Source of the DNA: Tubulanus polymorphus
Lineage: Eukaryota; Animalia; Nemertea
Direction of reading: 5' to 3'
DNA length: 64,000 nucleotides
NCBI RefSeq assembly: GCF_964204645.1
Contig: NC_134031.1
Coordinates: forward strand, 20,653,910 to 20,717,909
The notes beneath the pieces are model-generated. The model did not search any database, was not told the DNA's origin, and worked only from the letters and a program-made list of their open reading frames with translations. Shown piece by piece: positions 1 to 15,200 of the stretch. A program made the translations under genes and the position numbers. Within the stretch, counting starts at the first letter, position 1, and every line of letters starts with the position of its first letter.

Positions 1-20
1 CCTCCATAAGTCCGTGATAT

Positions 21-56
<36 letters not shown>
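21..56 (+). repeat. (TGA)12 microsatellite
   Basis: Directly visible. Confidence 0.97.
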
Positions 57-1077
57 GTAACAATCTCATGCAATCACCTGAATCGAACCTAGGGTTCTTC
101 TACGCACAACGCAAGTTGAAATTGATATCCATTTTCATTGAAATGTTACATTATTGGACGTCATTAAGAATATATCTATATATAGATCTACATTTAATCT
201 ATCAATTGTGAAGTATTTTTTGGACACACACATTTAAAGAAAGGAAATGAAATATGTTTCTCCACATTCCCGGATTCGCGTATAAATTGGTTTATACAGA
301 TTTGCGATGTCGTCATATTTTAGGAGGAAGTTGTGGAAACCACGACGTTGATCAAATACGAACACAGATTGAGTTCAGAGAATTATTGTAGCCAGAGCAC
401 TTAATCCGATAAATCAAAACATTGCGCGATCGCCGCTAGGCAATCTGGACTAACATGACGATTTATTATACAACCATATCTAAGGCTTGGTTGATAGCTG
501 GTAGATCTAGTTTTTAAGACGCTGGACATGTATATAATGTCCAAATGTTTGAAAATACCCGGAGATGTGGACGCACAAAGAATTCTACTAATGTCTACCG
601 TCTTTTTTTGACCGATGGCGTGATGTGAAGAAAGATCGTATATTGACCTGAATCATTTAGAGAATTAGCCGTCGCAGTTGTGCGGCTCAACATACGTTTT
701 CTGGTTTAGGCGACGAATAACAGTACAGATTAATACGCGAATGGCGTAATTTGTAAGATTTCGACAAGCAAAAGGAATTTCTTCGACATTGTTCCTCATT
801 GTCGGAGGAAATTTCACTAAATAAATAAACACTTAAATATCAACTGCGGGTTTTACTTGTCAACTCAAAATATTGAGATTAATATCAGTCTACCGTCAAT
901 TTATTCGATTGTATGAAGTAATATATATTTAGTGATATGTTAGTTTCTCGGTCGAGCTGGGGCCAAAGGATGGTTAACTCCTAACGTGTAGTTAACGTGC
1001 ACTAACCGGTCGTTAGCTAACGGCTGTTTGAGCAACACTTTTTAACCAACTTTTGAGCGACCGGGAATCCAGCATCT

Positions 1078-1219
1078 AGGGGCCGGTTGCATAGTCATTG
1101 CTTAGACCTAAGACCAGTCTAAGACCAACTAAGTTAGAAAGCCAATCTAACAACTTAAGACCTGTCTTAAGATTTAAGACCACTTTTGGACTTAAATCAC
1201 GACTGTGCAACTGGCCCCT
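1078..1219. mobile_element. MITE (~140 bp)
   Basis: TIRs AGGGGCCGGTTGCATAGTC / GACTGTGCAACTGGCCCCT with internal TAAGAC repeats. A related decayed copy lies at ~15265-15381 and an adjacent palindromic element at ~946-1066. Confidence 0.7.
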
Positions 1220-3201
1220 GGTTTTTAATCCCCAAGAAAGAGACATCCTATCAGTTCTATAAGTGGTGATGGCGAAAGTTTCAATCATCTTTTCAGGGTG
1301 ATAGAGATTGCGCAGAAGACGACGATATATCGATATAGATATTTCCAACCGTCTGCCAGACTGTCGCGTCGCGGGCAGCAACTGGCAAATATATACAATA
1401 TTGCCAGTTCGGAAAAAAACTCCGATATCTCCGTTTATTAGATAAGACCGAATAATAACATAAATTGACATATCTCCTGACAATTGAAATAAGAGGTTTT
1501 CGCTTTCCTGCTGAAGCAGATTTATGGGCGATGTCAAGTTTTATAAGCTTCGGATCGTTTGGCTATCAAATATAATGTGTATCGCCACATGACAGGATTG
1601 ATTTATTGCGAATAGAATCCCAAGACAAGTAGTGAAATTTCCTATGAAACCTTCAGAAGACGGGCCATTAGTAAATATAGCATATTCACTGGATTTCACC
1701 AGCGCGTGTTTTTCAAGAAATGCATTCCATATGAGAGTAATCAAAAGTTGTTGCAGAAAGTTCAATAATGGAGTTTTTATGGAGGTTGCTATAACTCCGT
1801 GGTTTATGGATGGCACCAGCCTTTACGAGATTGGCCCATAACATATATAGACATTTACAACATCGTCTCATACTTTACGACGATTCTTCGCGTGTCTTTA
1901 TCAACATCAGCCCCGAGTATCGAAACATGATATCGGTTCGGATGCGAAAAAACGCCACCGGGATGGATAACTGCTGACCACACGGATCGTGTGAATAATT
2001 CACCACATTCAGCTCACCATCGATCGGGCACTTTTCAACGGCGGAGTAAAAAACTATTAACTGATTATTCCGTGACTGCAGAGGTGCTAAAAAACTGCAG
2101 CTTCGGGGCAGATGACGAAATGATTCGTAGTTCTTTTTTTCGACGCCGCGAAAACCGGTTACAATAATGTTTATATAGATTGATAACTAAACTTCGTTAT
2201 TTCTGACTACTGTGTCAGTCGATATGTGCACTTTGTCATCAATGTTGGCGTTTCAAAATAGCATTTAGAATTGTGAATTGTAAATTTTGGCATTCGTTTT
2301 GTAAATTGAATATATTTATTTTCTATCTGAGTGAATTTTGAGTAGTCATTTTTCTTCGAGGCATCAACAAACTTTCAGCTCTAGTTTTTTTTGTCCTAGG
2401 ATTTCACCCGGAGACGTCACCATCTAATCCTTTGTCGTTTGCTGGAGATGACTTAACAATGGATATTCTACGTGATTCTACCAAGCAAAGAAGCTCCCAT
2501 GACGGCGAAGATATTTGACGAAAAAGCTTTTCGGAATAAAAACATCTTTTATCATCATCATATAACAAAAACGTTATCACAATATCTATAATAAGTTGGC
2601 CCCAGGTGTACATGTGATATTTGATGGATTCGTATTTGTGCCGCCACCTATAGTGGATGGGTGTATCGGTGTGTTTCATAAAGTGAAATAAAGTAAAACT
2701 AGAAAAAAAGGAAGAATTTCCGTACGTAGAATAATAGAGTGACGACTTTTGACAGTGCTCTGAGCGGTCAGACGATAGAAATGATTTAAGTGCCATCCAT
2801 GGACTTACCGGTGACTAGAATCTAAGGTAATATCGGTGGGACTGGGTTTAGTTCAAATCAGTGACCGATGATCATGAATTAACTCAATTTAGTCATAAAT
2901 GATTAGCTTAGACTCAAAGATTCATAGCTGTTTTCGTGGGGAAGTCAAACCGACTCGAAATACACGATAAACCACATAGCATGCGGTAAAGGTGTTGTGA
3001 CAGTGTTGTTGTAAGTCACGGTAAATCCATTTCTTTTTAGTGATATAAATGGAATTCGTGCGATAGAACAGGTTGTCAACATAACCTCACTTACCACAGC
3101 TAATATAAAGTAAATAGGAACTAAAACACAAAAACCACGATGAAAAAGACTTAGTAGGAAGACCACGAAACAAATGGCACGGTCTAAAATAGTACTTAAG
3201 A

Positions 3202-6200
3202 CTAAACATCCGTCCAAAAACGATTAGGTTGATTAAGGTTGTTTAAAAGCCGACAATCAACAGAATCTTGTCTGGGGTCTGCGATGAAGCCCTTCGTGGT
3301 GACAATTTTACGCCAAGAACGTTTTTTTTTAGCAATTTCTCGTAAAATGTCCTGTACATTTTGATACAGTAACAGAAGGCTTGTTTTACGCAAGATGACA
3401 CTAAACAACTTTCCAGTAGCGGAATCGTTAGGTTTACATCTGCCGGTTATTCAATTTTAGGACATCTTATGGATGAGGTTCTTCGTCATTCTTCGTCTTT
3501 AGCTATCATTTGTTGCACGAAGAAATTGATCTAATCTGGCGCTGGCAACAGGTTTTACGGCAGTAAAGAATTTCAAACATAAAATTTTCAATTTTACATT
3601 TTTTTTAAAGAAATCATATTGGACTTGTGGCGCAATGGATAACGCGCATGAACACGGGTCAGATGATTCCAGGTTCGAATCCTGGAAAACTCGGGAAGGC
3701 ATTCTTGGGGAATGTCGCAATGCTGTTAATGATGAAATGTATTATGAATAATCGAAAACGTACATTCAAATTCGGCCACCAGTATTATATAAAAGCACGA
3801 AGCATCTGTCACTAGATGTTCAGATATAAGACTGACTCATTGTTAAGATTGCCAGGAGATGCTCAAAACAATAAAATGGCACGGCACGGCTGGCACCTAT
3901 TTTTTTGAATTACCTGTTTAGCGTTATCGTGGTTATTGGCCGCTGGTGTATTAGCGTTACGTAGAGCTACGCTACAACTGCGGAACGTTGGTCGTCTCGC
4001 CATCGCCTGCTCTTCTCTCTGTCGCTTCAAATAATTCCTGTGTAAAAAAAGAAAAATAACCGAATGTAAAAACCGCAGATTTTGATATCATAATAATCAA
4101 AATCAGCACTTATGTAGTGCAGGTTTCCCCGGGAGGTTTCCTCGCGAGAAAAGTACAGGGTACTTTTAATTTGTATGGACCATAGGGAGAAGTACACATG
4201 TTTAGAGTTCAGAAGTAATCTATCAGGTCAGTTACCTCTCTCGGTACGGTAGAGGATGAGGATATGAGTATGTTGTGGTGTCACTACGGTCTGTATACCG
4301 GGTTCGAACCCACATGACCTTGCGTCTTAACGCTCTTATCATTCGCCACAGCGCTCCGGTAACGTAGCGAAAGAAGACATTTTTTTTTCATACGGAACAT
4401 ATTTATTCATTTGTCCAAAGTAACATGACATGGGAGACGATACTTAGCGAAATGTCATGATACACACTTTGTACGTGTAATCGATATGTGTGTAATTAGG
4501 TTCAACAAAAAATTCTGTAAACTCGACCGCCGATCACACATCTCTACTTCGATTGATGATTTCGAAATCAAACTCCCTGTTCAATCCCGGCGAAAAAAAC
4601 CTTTGGTTTCTATTCCGAATAACTAATCTTAAAGACACTATAGTTTCTCAGTTTAAAATGATTTTGGAGGATTTCCCCCAGATTTCCCCAGGACGCTTCG
4701 GTCCGTATTTAACCATTAAGACCTAAGTTTCTGATATTGCGGTCACGTGTACTTCAGTCTACATTTCAATCTAAAAAGCAGAAAATACAATCAACATGTT
4801 TATCAACATTAATGCCACTATTGCTTTCCACATAAAATCAATCAATCATTTGAGAAAAAAAAAACGACATCTGATATCGTTTCCTCCGCAATATTTACAT
4901 CGCGCGTTGTTAGTTTCGCCCGAACACGGTCAAGTACACAATCAAAATGTCTCGATGATATTTGTTCGGTAGCATTGGTTGATATAAGTGCAGTGTTAAT
5001 TTTCCAAAGACTAAAGGCGAACAGTTAGTTGCTTGTGTAATGTCGGTCTCACATTAATCTTCTATGATTTTATTTCAACGTAGTTTTCTGTTAAAAACAC
5101 ACGGACAAACCAAGATCACGAGCGGTGAAAGAAAATGTTATTTCTTTCCCTTCTCGATGGCAAAAAACGTAAAATTGCCGACGGGAATTTCTCACAAATA
5201 ACAAGAAGCAATGGAGCAATATCACGTTTTCGGAGTACACACATTTCATGATAATAGTAACAGTTAATATTGTCAGATGGTGAATGGGTAATTTCATTGA
5301 AAATGACAATTCCGCATTCACTCATACGTTTGAGGATAATCCCAACGGCTTCTGAAGGGGGAAGAAAATGGGTTTTTTTTTGGCATTTTCTGTTACAATT
5401 TTCTGTCCTATAGTGTTTTTAAATCGCGACAAAATCTTCAGAGAAAGAAATCGTCGTCACAGTTTTTCCTTCGAATCTTTGATAACTTTCTTCAGTTCTT
5501 AAAAAAACAACTTCAATTACAACAGCTTTTTCGCAAAAGAAATATTTCCTCCTTTGTCTTCTTCGTTACTCTACGATTATCGATCTTTTGTATCATTAAG
5601 ATTAACAGCGATTCAATGACTGAGAATAGTATTTTCATTCGGTCCGTTCTTCAGGCGCTCGGCGGGTGTAGCTGAACTCGTCGCGGCATCCGCCGGTATT
5701 GCGCCACGATCAATCATCATAACATTGAAGCGAACGATCGTCAAAGATAGATTTATTATTAGATTTATGAATGATTCGTTAATTCACAAAACTAATATCT
5801 GTCGATGCTTTACTCGATGTCGATGACATACACGTAAATTGGTCCCGTCTAAAAAGGATTAGCCGACTACATCGACGCAAATGGAGCGTAATTTCATTCG
5901 ATTAATAACATACCCTCGTAATTAGCGGCGCGTATGTCATTGCTGTATGGTAAAATCAACTTCGTCTGAGATAATGAAACGGCGACCTCCCACCTCTCCC
6001 TCCCCCCTCCCTCCCCTCTCCCTCCCCTCTCCCCCGTTATTTATTACGTTTAATACGTTCTCGTTATCTAACAGCCCATAATCGACCAGCCCGCCGCCAG
6101 TGTTCCGCAGAACACCGCAGTAAGTTTCCTAGTATTATTAACGGTGATTGACCTGTCTCGAAAATGTCGTCCGTTTCTCGTCTCACAACAGACGACACCA

Positions 6201-9200
6201 AATTTCCGGTAATCACGAAAATGCTAACTCCCCGGGCGGACGCTCCTGAAAAGCCGTTTATACAATATGATTATATACATACGTATTACACTTGCAATAT
6301 ACACTTTCATTTGAAGAGGAATGTCTCCTTTCGTTTGTGTACAAAATCAGGTCCGTAGCAAATTTTTGGGCGGGTTAGTTTCTAACTTGGTTGGAATTGA
6401 AAGAGGGTCTGAGGCCCCCTGCCATGAAAGATTTGATGCTCAAATTTGGCTTCTTAGCGATTTCACGGTAGCAGAGCCCAGTAATTATCATCTAAACCAC
6501 AAAAACGTTTTATGTTAATTCGGCTCTTTTTTCTAACCCGGGGTCGGTTTCGCTGTGCGCGACATCGTAAGGAGATGCTGCTAAGGATTCCGACTGCTGC
6601 CCGTTGCGGATATCAATGGGTAATTCAATCTACTACTGAATCAATTGGTCGTGTTTTCATAAGGCAAACTTGGGTAATTTATCACGAGGAAATTACCGAA
6701 GAGAGGTAATCAGACCATTCGCAAAATACCGGTTTCTTAGCGAAAGGGTATAGTTTGAAATGCCACCTCGTTTGCCGTATTGTGTAGGTGTTTGGCGGCC
6801 CTTCGTTAAACCTGCCATTTGCAAGTTATCTCCTAAGTAGTTCGAGCCGACTTGATTAGGATTACAAATCCTAAGTAATTGGAAATAAATCCGAGCCGGG
6901 CGCGGGGAGTGAGTATACGGAAATTAAATGCATTTATTGGTTCGAACCGAATGCTTGATACGTTCGGATATAGATCAAAAACTCGCGAGGTAATCAAAAA
7001 CGAACTTATTCGCTCTTATTTGATCAACGCGAGCCCGGAATCCGCTAAGCATTGCTGATATATCGAAGATTGCAATGAGAGAAGGATATGAGATGTTAAG
7101 AAAAGAGAGATGTTATCATAAAGACTTATGATGATATGAACCTTTCTAAATTCCTACAACTTTCCTGACCAAATTCGGACATCACTCGAACCGATCATTA
7201 ACGGCGTCCTGGCAAGCCATCACCGTGTTCATCTTTGAACGCGTCACCTCGATAAAGGAATGCAGGAATATGGTCGACGACTTTTCTGCGCCTACACAAG
7301 ACCACGCTGCTCACATACATAAATAAATAAGTCAAACGCGCTGTATAGAAACCTGGTGCCAGTTGTTCAAATGCTGGTGCTGATGCTGATGCCGGTGCTG
7401 ATGCTGATGCTGGTGCCGATGCCGGTGCCGATGCCGGTGCCGATGCCGATACTGATATTGATGATCCTTGGATTAACTCAAAATCATTTCAGCAACCTTG
7501 ACCTACGAGTAGTACAGCCACGACGTCGGTCGAATTTTCTTGTTTAGCGAGCAACTCGGTCGACAGATTTTTATTTCCATACGTATCATGTAAAAATAAT
7601 TCTTGATGTTGTTGACATTTAAGGGGTTAAGTAGGTGTAGATGAAAACGCGCATTGTTTGGATCCCCGGGCGATGAATTTTTGCAATTAGCACTCGTTCC
7701 GTTGGTGTGGTGCGGCGTATCAAGCGCGCGGCGAAATTTACATTTTGAAATATTCAAAGTTGAATTCGTTGCGTCTCGTAATAGCGTGAACAATTGCGGA
7801 TCTCTATTTGATTGCACTTTACCACAGGGGATGAAATGAAAGCCTGCGAATAGAAAAAAAACCTAACGTCGCCTTTTCTCTGATTGAAAAATTGGAAAAT
7901 TATCAACCTCGCCCGTCGAGGTTGCTGCGGGACTCTAGCCATTTATTACCGAGATATCCGATATTCGACGAGCAACATTCGACGATGGGTATTTTTACCA
8001 GTATTATTGACTCGACGGTTAAAAATCACTATCGACGTTTCAAAAATCTTGCCTTCAAATGTTGATGAAAATTATTCTAAAGATAATTATTCTATAGCTA
8101 GATAATTCATCAGTTACCAAGCAATTTGATGACATAACATCACAACTCCTAAATACGTACGGCACTAAAGGCATGATAAATCGCTTCTCAGTCTGATGAC
8201 GTCATAGGGGGATTTATAAAGTCAGCACATGTCTGTAGCTAGCTTTTTGCAGCGGTAAAACCTGAAGTTCATAAGATAAAAATTCCGACTCCAATAATAA
8301 TCTAACTCGAAGGTGAGACGTCATTCGTATTGAAATAAACTTTGATTGATGGTAAGGTGCAGTGTTACCGGTGACGTACGAGGAAGCAATTACATTTAAA
8401 TTTCAATTAAACAATGTTGAACCGTCGACTGATGTCTCCCATAGCCGTCTGGCGTTATTATTTGAGCTTCAAAACATCGCAATTAAAACAAGAAATAAAA
8501 CTTCAACGCCTTAACCGCGATGTATTGGCACGTCATGTCATGATTGGTTTTTTCAAAAATTATTTTCCGCAGATTTGATCACGAAAACATTACCTCCTAG
8601 TTTGCCTCCGCCATGACGATATATAGAATCCAACGATAATAAAACAAGAAAGACGATCTTCCGTCGTCAGAATGAGATCTTCTTATATCAACTACTTGAT
8701 ATCAAACTGCCAAATTTTCTTTAATACTCGGCTGAATGCTTTAAATGAGATTTTTACGAATGATATTTCATCAAAATACTTCGTCACGCTTTGCACCGTG
8801 TATTTTTGCACCGTGTCCCCCGGCGAGTGTGCATTTGCTACTAAAAACGCTAATTTGTAACGTCACTTTGAATTTGTTGATCTTTCCCGGTGAAAGAACG
8901 TGCGTGTTGTTTGGTAATTAGAACGGCTTTCGCAGCGTCACGATTTAACCATTTCTGAGCCGAGGTCAGAACGTCTCATTCATTCGAAATCCATCATGTT
9001 CCACTTATGCCGAGAGTGACCGCAATTTCTTTGTGAAATCATTTTTTCGACGCCCGTTGAATTTGATATCATAATTATTTTCTTTAAAATATCCCAAACA
9101 AATTCGAATTTTCCATTAACGCTAGAGTGCGACAGACTTTAGTCTCTAGTCAATCCGTACCGATCTCTACACCGATTCTAATTAGACGAAATGAAGCGCC

Positions 9201-12200
9201 TACAGCGGTTGGAAGACCATTAGGCGTACTATATACATATCGTGCACCCCTCGAGAAATATCGCTTCGAATGTAATCAAAAACAAAACGTAATTAAGAAG
9301 AATAACTCGTAGATTTCCCGCATCGTACTCGAAATTCACGTAATTACTATTTCGCGTAAGCTAATTACGCCAAAAGAAAAATCGAAGTAATTTCGCCTTG
9401 AGTATCCTTTATGTGAAAGATTGCTTCGTAGAGTAAATTAAAATCAACACATATATACGGCTGCCTGGTCCGATATTTTATCGTGAAATTTTGCCGATAA
9501 AACAAACGAGGACAAAATGACTAAACAACATCGAGCACTTGGAATCTGATCTGAAAAGATATCACTCGAATAGACATAAAATTGGACCAATCGTTTTAAT
9601 TCAGAATCAGCTGCTTTTTGCTGTATGGCTCAGCCACCGTTATTGGTGTACTGTGAACATTCCCGGCAAAATACTTAACAAATCGCGTGCTAAAGCTTAC
9701 TGTAAACGATCTAACGGTTTTCAAACTACTGCTTGCTTTGCGTAGGTGGGTGACATCAGACTCTGGGTCAGGAAATTAGTCGGCCTTTTTTGCTATAGCA
9801 TTAACGAAAGCAATTAATCGTCAACCGGGCGAAAAGAATCGGGAACTCGCGTTATCAGCAATGACACGTAATAGATAGTGAATAAATGGGAGACATTTTC
9901 AGCCATAGCAGCGCGTCGTCTGAAAAATCGGGTGGCTCGGTTATTCTTGTGTGCATTAATATCGAGAGAATTTCGTCTGGTGAAAAAAAATCAATACTCT
10001 GCGGTCATATATGCGTAATGATTTGAATATACAGATTAATACAGGCACACTCGCATACATACACATGGAACGCTAGTTTCAAATTCGATTAAATTCACTG
10101 TCAGAGGGAAATAATTCAGCTCGTTCAATTCAGCAACTTAGGCGAACCAGGGAACCTCCCTGGGCGAACGGATTCCAAAATTCGACGGTTCTCCTGCACT
10201 AATTTCAAGAGATCGTCGTCACTTCCGTTACGTCACTTGTCCATTTACTTCCGGTTAATAGTATACGTGGCAGAGATCTTTATTCATCTTCATTTTGATG
10301 ACACGTGACGTCGATGTCAATTTCATACGTTTTCATTTTAGAATTTTTACGGTTACATCCGGCGCGTTGGATCCCCTGAATGAAGCCTGGATCTCGATAC
10401 GGGTACGGACACTTTCGCCTATCGTTTCTCAAAATGAAATTCCTATGTGTAGCGCCAAAACCTGGGCACGAAAAACTTTGAAACGAGTATTCTTTATGAA
10501 AATGTTACTTTGAAATATGCGCACATTGATCAGCGGATCCGACCTACCACTTCGTAAACTATGGTTGTTTGTAGTGTAAGCTTTGGTATTATCATAAGCC
10601 TACATAGCTTTGATCGCAATAACTCAAGGGAATTATATTCCATCTCTCTCTCATTAGATATCTATTACATAAATACGTGTATAGAACTGATGAACCATCT
10701 TATTAACTATCACTAGGCGTGCCGTCAATGACCCGATTAAATGACGTATCACCCACCGTGATGGCAGTGCAGCTGAACACTACCTGTCAAAACGGAATGC
10801 AGTGTGTTATTCTCCCCTTGGTAAATTGATGTATCCATATCCACCATGAGGGGGATATTTCCCCCAGTGATATATATCTCGAACAGTGACATCTCGCTGA
10901 CATATTTTAACTGAGGCCGTGCTAGTAAGGTCGTCGTGTTTGGTTGACCGCCGGGGCGAACTTCGGTTATCGGAGTAAGTCGACTATTTGCGAAATAAGT
11001 GAAACCGAATATCAGTTAGTCGGAACTTCAGTGCGGAAATAATCAACCATTGGGTTTTGCGCAGTCGCTTTATAGCACAGTTCCAAGATGGCTGACACTG
11101 AAAAACGTTACGACAAACTATAATGTGTTAGGTTATAAGTTTCGACCACAAGTCGAGGCTAACTATGAAAAGGGCCTACATAACAGGAAAATGTCACTTT
11201 GGGATCTGTAGACTCGTTGGCCAAACAAGAACACGTTATTGTATTCTGCCGCCAATATGGCACCGTCATGTGAAAAACACACATGGCCTCACAACATTCA
11301 TATCTATCCATCTAGTTCTCAATATGCGCCTCTCGCACTCTCCTTCGTCCTTGTAAGTACATATAGATTATGCTAACTATCAGCGAATACTGAGGAATCT
11401 TTCTTGTAGCATGTTTATAGGATACGATTACGAAACGGCTGATTAAACCGGTTATAGATGTTTTAACAAATCTGTCCACTTCCAAACGATGGATCTAAGC
11501 GATGATGACGTCCCGCAGGTGATACTTCATGCTAATCCTAATCCAGTTGAGTGATACAGGGTTGAGAGAGAATCCTGCATTGGATTCCACTAGAAATGTC
11601 GCTAATGTTTCTTCGACGACGAGGATCTGAATTGAAGTTTGTTGTATCCGGTATATGTGTATCATCTATCATCAAATATGAAATTAGAATCGAGAGACAA
11701 CTATCCGTATTGTATATCCCGACGAGCAATGTTTTTTTTTCTGAAAATGTGTTTTTTTCATGTGGTCATCAATACTGATCTCAGCATTGAATTTTAGCCT
11801 ATATATTAAAAGTACTTCTTCTGGTATTACAAAATATATTTCGAAATGATGACGATATTGCCAAATTTAATTTTACTGATATCGTTGTCCTGTCTAGTTT
11901 TCATTGCCTGTTGTTTTTCTCGAAGGAAGGGGGTGGATTCTGGACGAAAGGTTAGACAATGATGATAATCACCGAACAGGCTAAAACGGTTACTTTTCTA
12001 CAGAAGATTAACGATGTTCGTCCTATCACCTAATTCGATTAGATTAAAGTAAAATTGATAGTTTCTAAAACTATGCGCCGCCATCATGTTGTAATCATCG
12101 ATAGGAGAGCCTTCGATGAGCACGCTTCAAACCGGATGTATGCTAATGCTGCAAGATGTGACATCCAGCTTTCAAAAACAGAAAGTAATTTGAGGCGAGC

Positions 12201-15200
12201 TTCGTGTCTGGCAAACGAGATCGAATTCCTAAAAGCTCTTCTACAGTTATTATCAAAGCCGTACAACAAAACCGTGTTCATTGTCAACATCGTCTACAAT
12301 CTACTGCGCATAATGATTGACAGATTCCAAAATTGGAATCATGAATTGTCGAAAGAAATGTATTTTATGATATGATATGATATGTATAATCATATTTTAT
12401 ATATTTCCTAAGACTCATATGGACGTGGACTTCAATATATAGGGCTGATCGGAAGTACCATGACCGTACTGTGGATTCAAATAGTGTTCAAAAAGAATCA
12501 TTTTTCTTTGTATATTTAATAGTACCTGGGATACTGATGGATCTAAGCTACAGTTCACCCCCAAACTTCAAATACGAGCCACTGTACCATTACCATTTGC
12601 AGAAATCGTCTCGGACATCGAGTACAGCTGACAACATGTGTTATCTTAATGTTCCACAGACAGGGAATGCAGGGGTCTTTGGGCAAATATTGTACTGCGC
12701 CCGATATACTCGAAGAAACCGTTGATTAAAGCAGGTATCAGATGTGTATTAGGTTTACAGATCTCCGGTGCCACCTGTCGTGCGGACCCGTTGATATATA
12801 TATTACCAATTAATACCGCAGTGATGAACCTATCGATTCTCCGCACAGATGATATATAATCTAAACTTGTCGTTCGTAATTAAAACCTATTCATTTATCG
12901 TGATGAATCCGTCAACCGTTCATATCGATTTATCGAAAATATTCCCATTCGAAGCCCGAGACATCGAATGCACGCTCGTTGGTGGAGACGGGGCTGAGCC
13001 GACGACGCGCTGCGCTTGGTGGCGGAGAATTCCTTAGCTTTAAAGACGAAATCAAGTTGAAATAATTCTCGTAATGAACCGAGACATAATCGAGCAATCG
13101 TGTTTCGCTGGCTGTCGCTCGGTTTCCGAGATAAACACAATCGGTTATGGCATTTCCCACGTCGAATCCGCGCTCATCGTCGTAGATTCTTTTCAACTAA
13201 ACCCGACAAAATATGATGAAAATAACGAACGCTCACACTATTTGTAACCGTGAAACGTTATCAAACAGGCAAATTCTCCTGTGTCACACAGTATTCTATG
13301 AAATTCTCCAGATGATTTCCAGAATAAGGCCACCACGTCACAGATAAGCATTTATCTCTAGTAGAATAGCCACCAAAACTCTGACGTTTAAAACCGACTA
13401 TGTAAACAATTTAAAAGATTTAAAGCGAATTTTATTTCGCACTGGAGCATAATTTAAAATGGGAAAGACTTCTGGTCTTGAGTTTTTAGGATGATCAATG
13501 CCATTTTAGGTTTCTCGATTACAAAACCACTTCAAATATATGGAATTGCTAATGATTTGAAACGGAGATTTCTTTTTTCATGTTGAAATAGACTTGGTTT
13601 TAACTGTATGAGGGTGATATACTAGTGCCATCGCGGTATAGGTCATGACGCACGTAGAACTATAGGTTCATCGGAAAATTAAATATTTCTGTCAACCGTG
13701 TGTTATTGAAATTTCACACCCGATGACTTCTGTAACCGCGGCATAATATTGCATTCAAAATCGATTATCGAATAGATTAGAAAGTTGAAGGTCAGGACGA
13801 ATAGTTGAGAAAGAAATCAGAATTTCAGTAAGCGCCTGGTTGGAGAGACATGAAGCGCGATATTTCATGTAATCAGCAGATGAATAGTGTTTGACTGGTG
13901 TAGCGATGGTTTTAAACAGAAAACATTATGAAGAAATCTAATCATCTAGCAGGCAATAGCGCCCCTGGACGTTGATGTGTCTTAATGTGCAACCGATAGA
14001 ATATTCTGTCAACATCGTCAACATCGATGTGTTAAAGTAAGCCGCACTTTTAGCCTGAATGTTGTCGGATTCATGGAGCTGGCGAGGCCTCGCGGCGGCG
14101 AACTGTCAGTCCGCGCTTTTGAAGCGAGTTTATTGTGACAAAAGGACCGGCTCAATTGATAAGTTCTTCGACGTTAATGTACGGCCAGTGCACACTGATT
14201 AACGTGGTTAATTACGGCCGCAATTTGCGATGTTGGGAAAGTCTATCCGCCGGATTGAAACGAACGTAATCTCCGGCATATACAACGACCGTCTGCTAGT
14301 AAATGTCAGTAATTAGCATTTTATGACGGCGATGTCGGATGTCGCACTCGGAAATCCGTTGACAACCATTCGAAAAAAATGTCGAGCTCGTTTCACGCGG
14401 GAAGTGCGCAATGTTGTTGTTGTTACGAAGACACGAATGCAGAGAAAAAAGTAGCGGGTTTTACATCGCAGTGACGCGCGTTTCCCAACGACTAGTGAAA
14501 TATGAAGCCTCATTCATATCGTGATTAAAGAAATGCTGTAGAATGGCGCATCATCTAGTTTTTTCTTATTAAATTGCACGGCTAAGATTAGCACCTCGCT
14601 AATCGCTGATCACCATGTAATAGAACTTGAGATATCAAATCGATTCAGTTCACGTTGTATGATTGCCATTTACCACAATAATACTGAAATCTGACTGAGC
14701 AGCAGTTTTCCCTATGGACCGCCTGCATGGTCAACAGCTAACAGAGACCTTATTCACATGGCGAATCCTCTCACAACTCTAAATGTGCAAAAACCCCGCA
14801 TTCACTATAATCCTCGCAAATATTTTACCCGCGAATTCGCCAATATTTTCCAGTTCACGAGTACTTAGCGGCAACCCTAAATCAAAACACAAATAGTTCG
14901 TGGCTTTTTATTGAATCAATGAATTGAAAATTTCAAGGCAAGATTTTATATACCGGTGCCGTACCACTACCTTGGATTAATTTTCAGTTAAGACCCTACA
15001 ATATACTGCGTCACTAAACGCCCAATTTTTGGCGTACTCCATCGTTATGTCACCTATCCGATGTAGGCTATAGATAGAATTGTTAATCAAGGAAAAGCTT
15101 TCAAGTTAAACAATGATAAATCAATTTAGTGTTACACCACGAAACGCAAAATGACTTTCATCACAAAATAGCCTCGCAACGCAAATCAACCAACGCAGAC

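Noticed and set aside
14-211. Poly-Met ORF
   Set aside because: It is the translation of a (TGA)n microsatellite.
1076-1537. 153-aa minus-strand ORF
   Set aside because: It runs through a MITE and has a non-ATG start and no recognisable domain.
1088-2843. Partial matches to miR-153 (TTGCATAGTCA, ~1088) and miR-278 (TCGGTGGGACT, ~2833)
   Set aside because: Only ~11 nt match and the 3' halves diverge; the first lies in a MITE TIR and neither shows a convincing precursor hairpin.
3621-3693. Functional tRNA-Arg
   Set aside because: Three mismatches in the acceptor stem, a broken anticodon stem and loss of U33.
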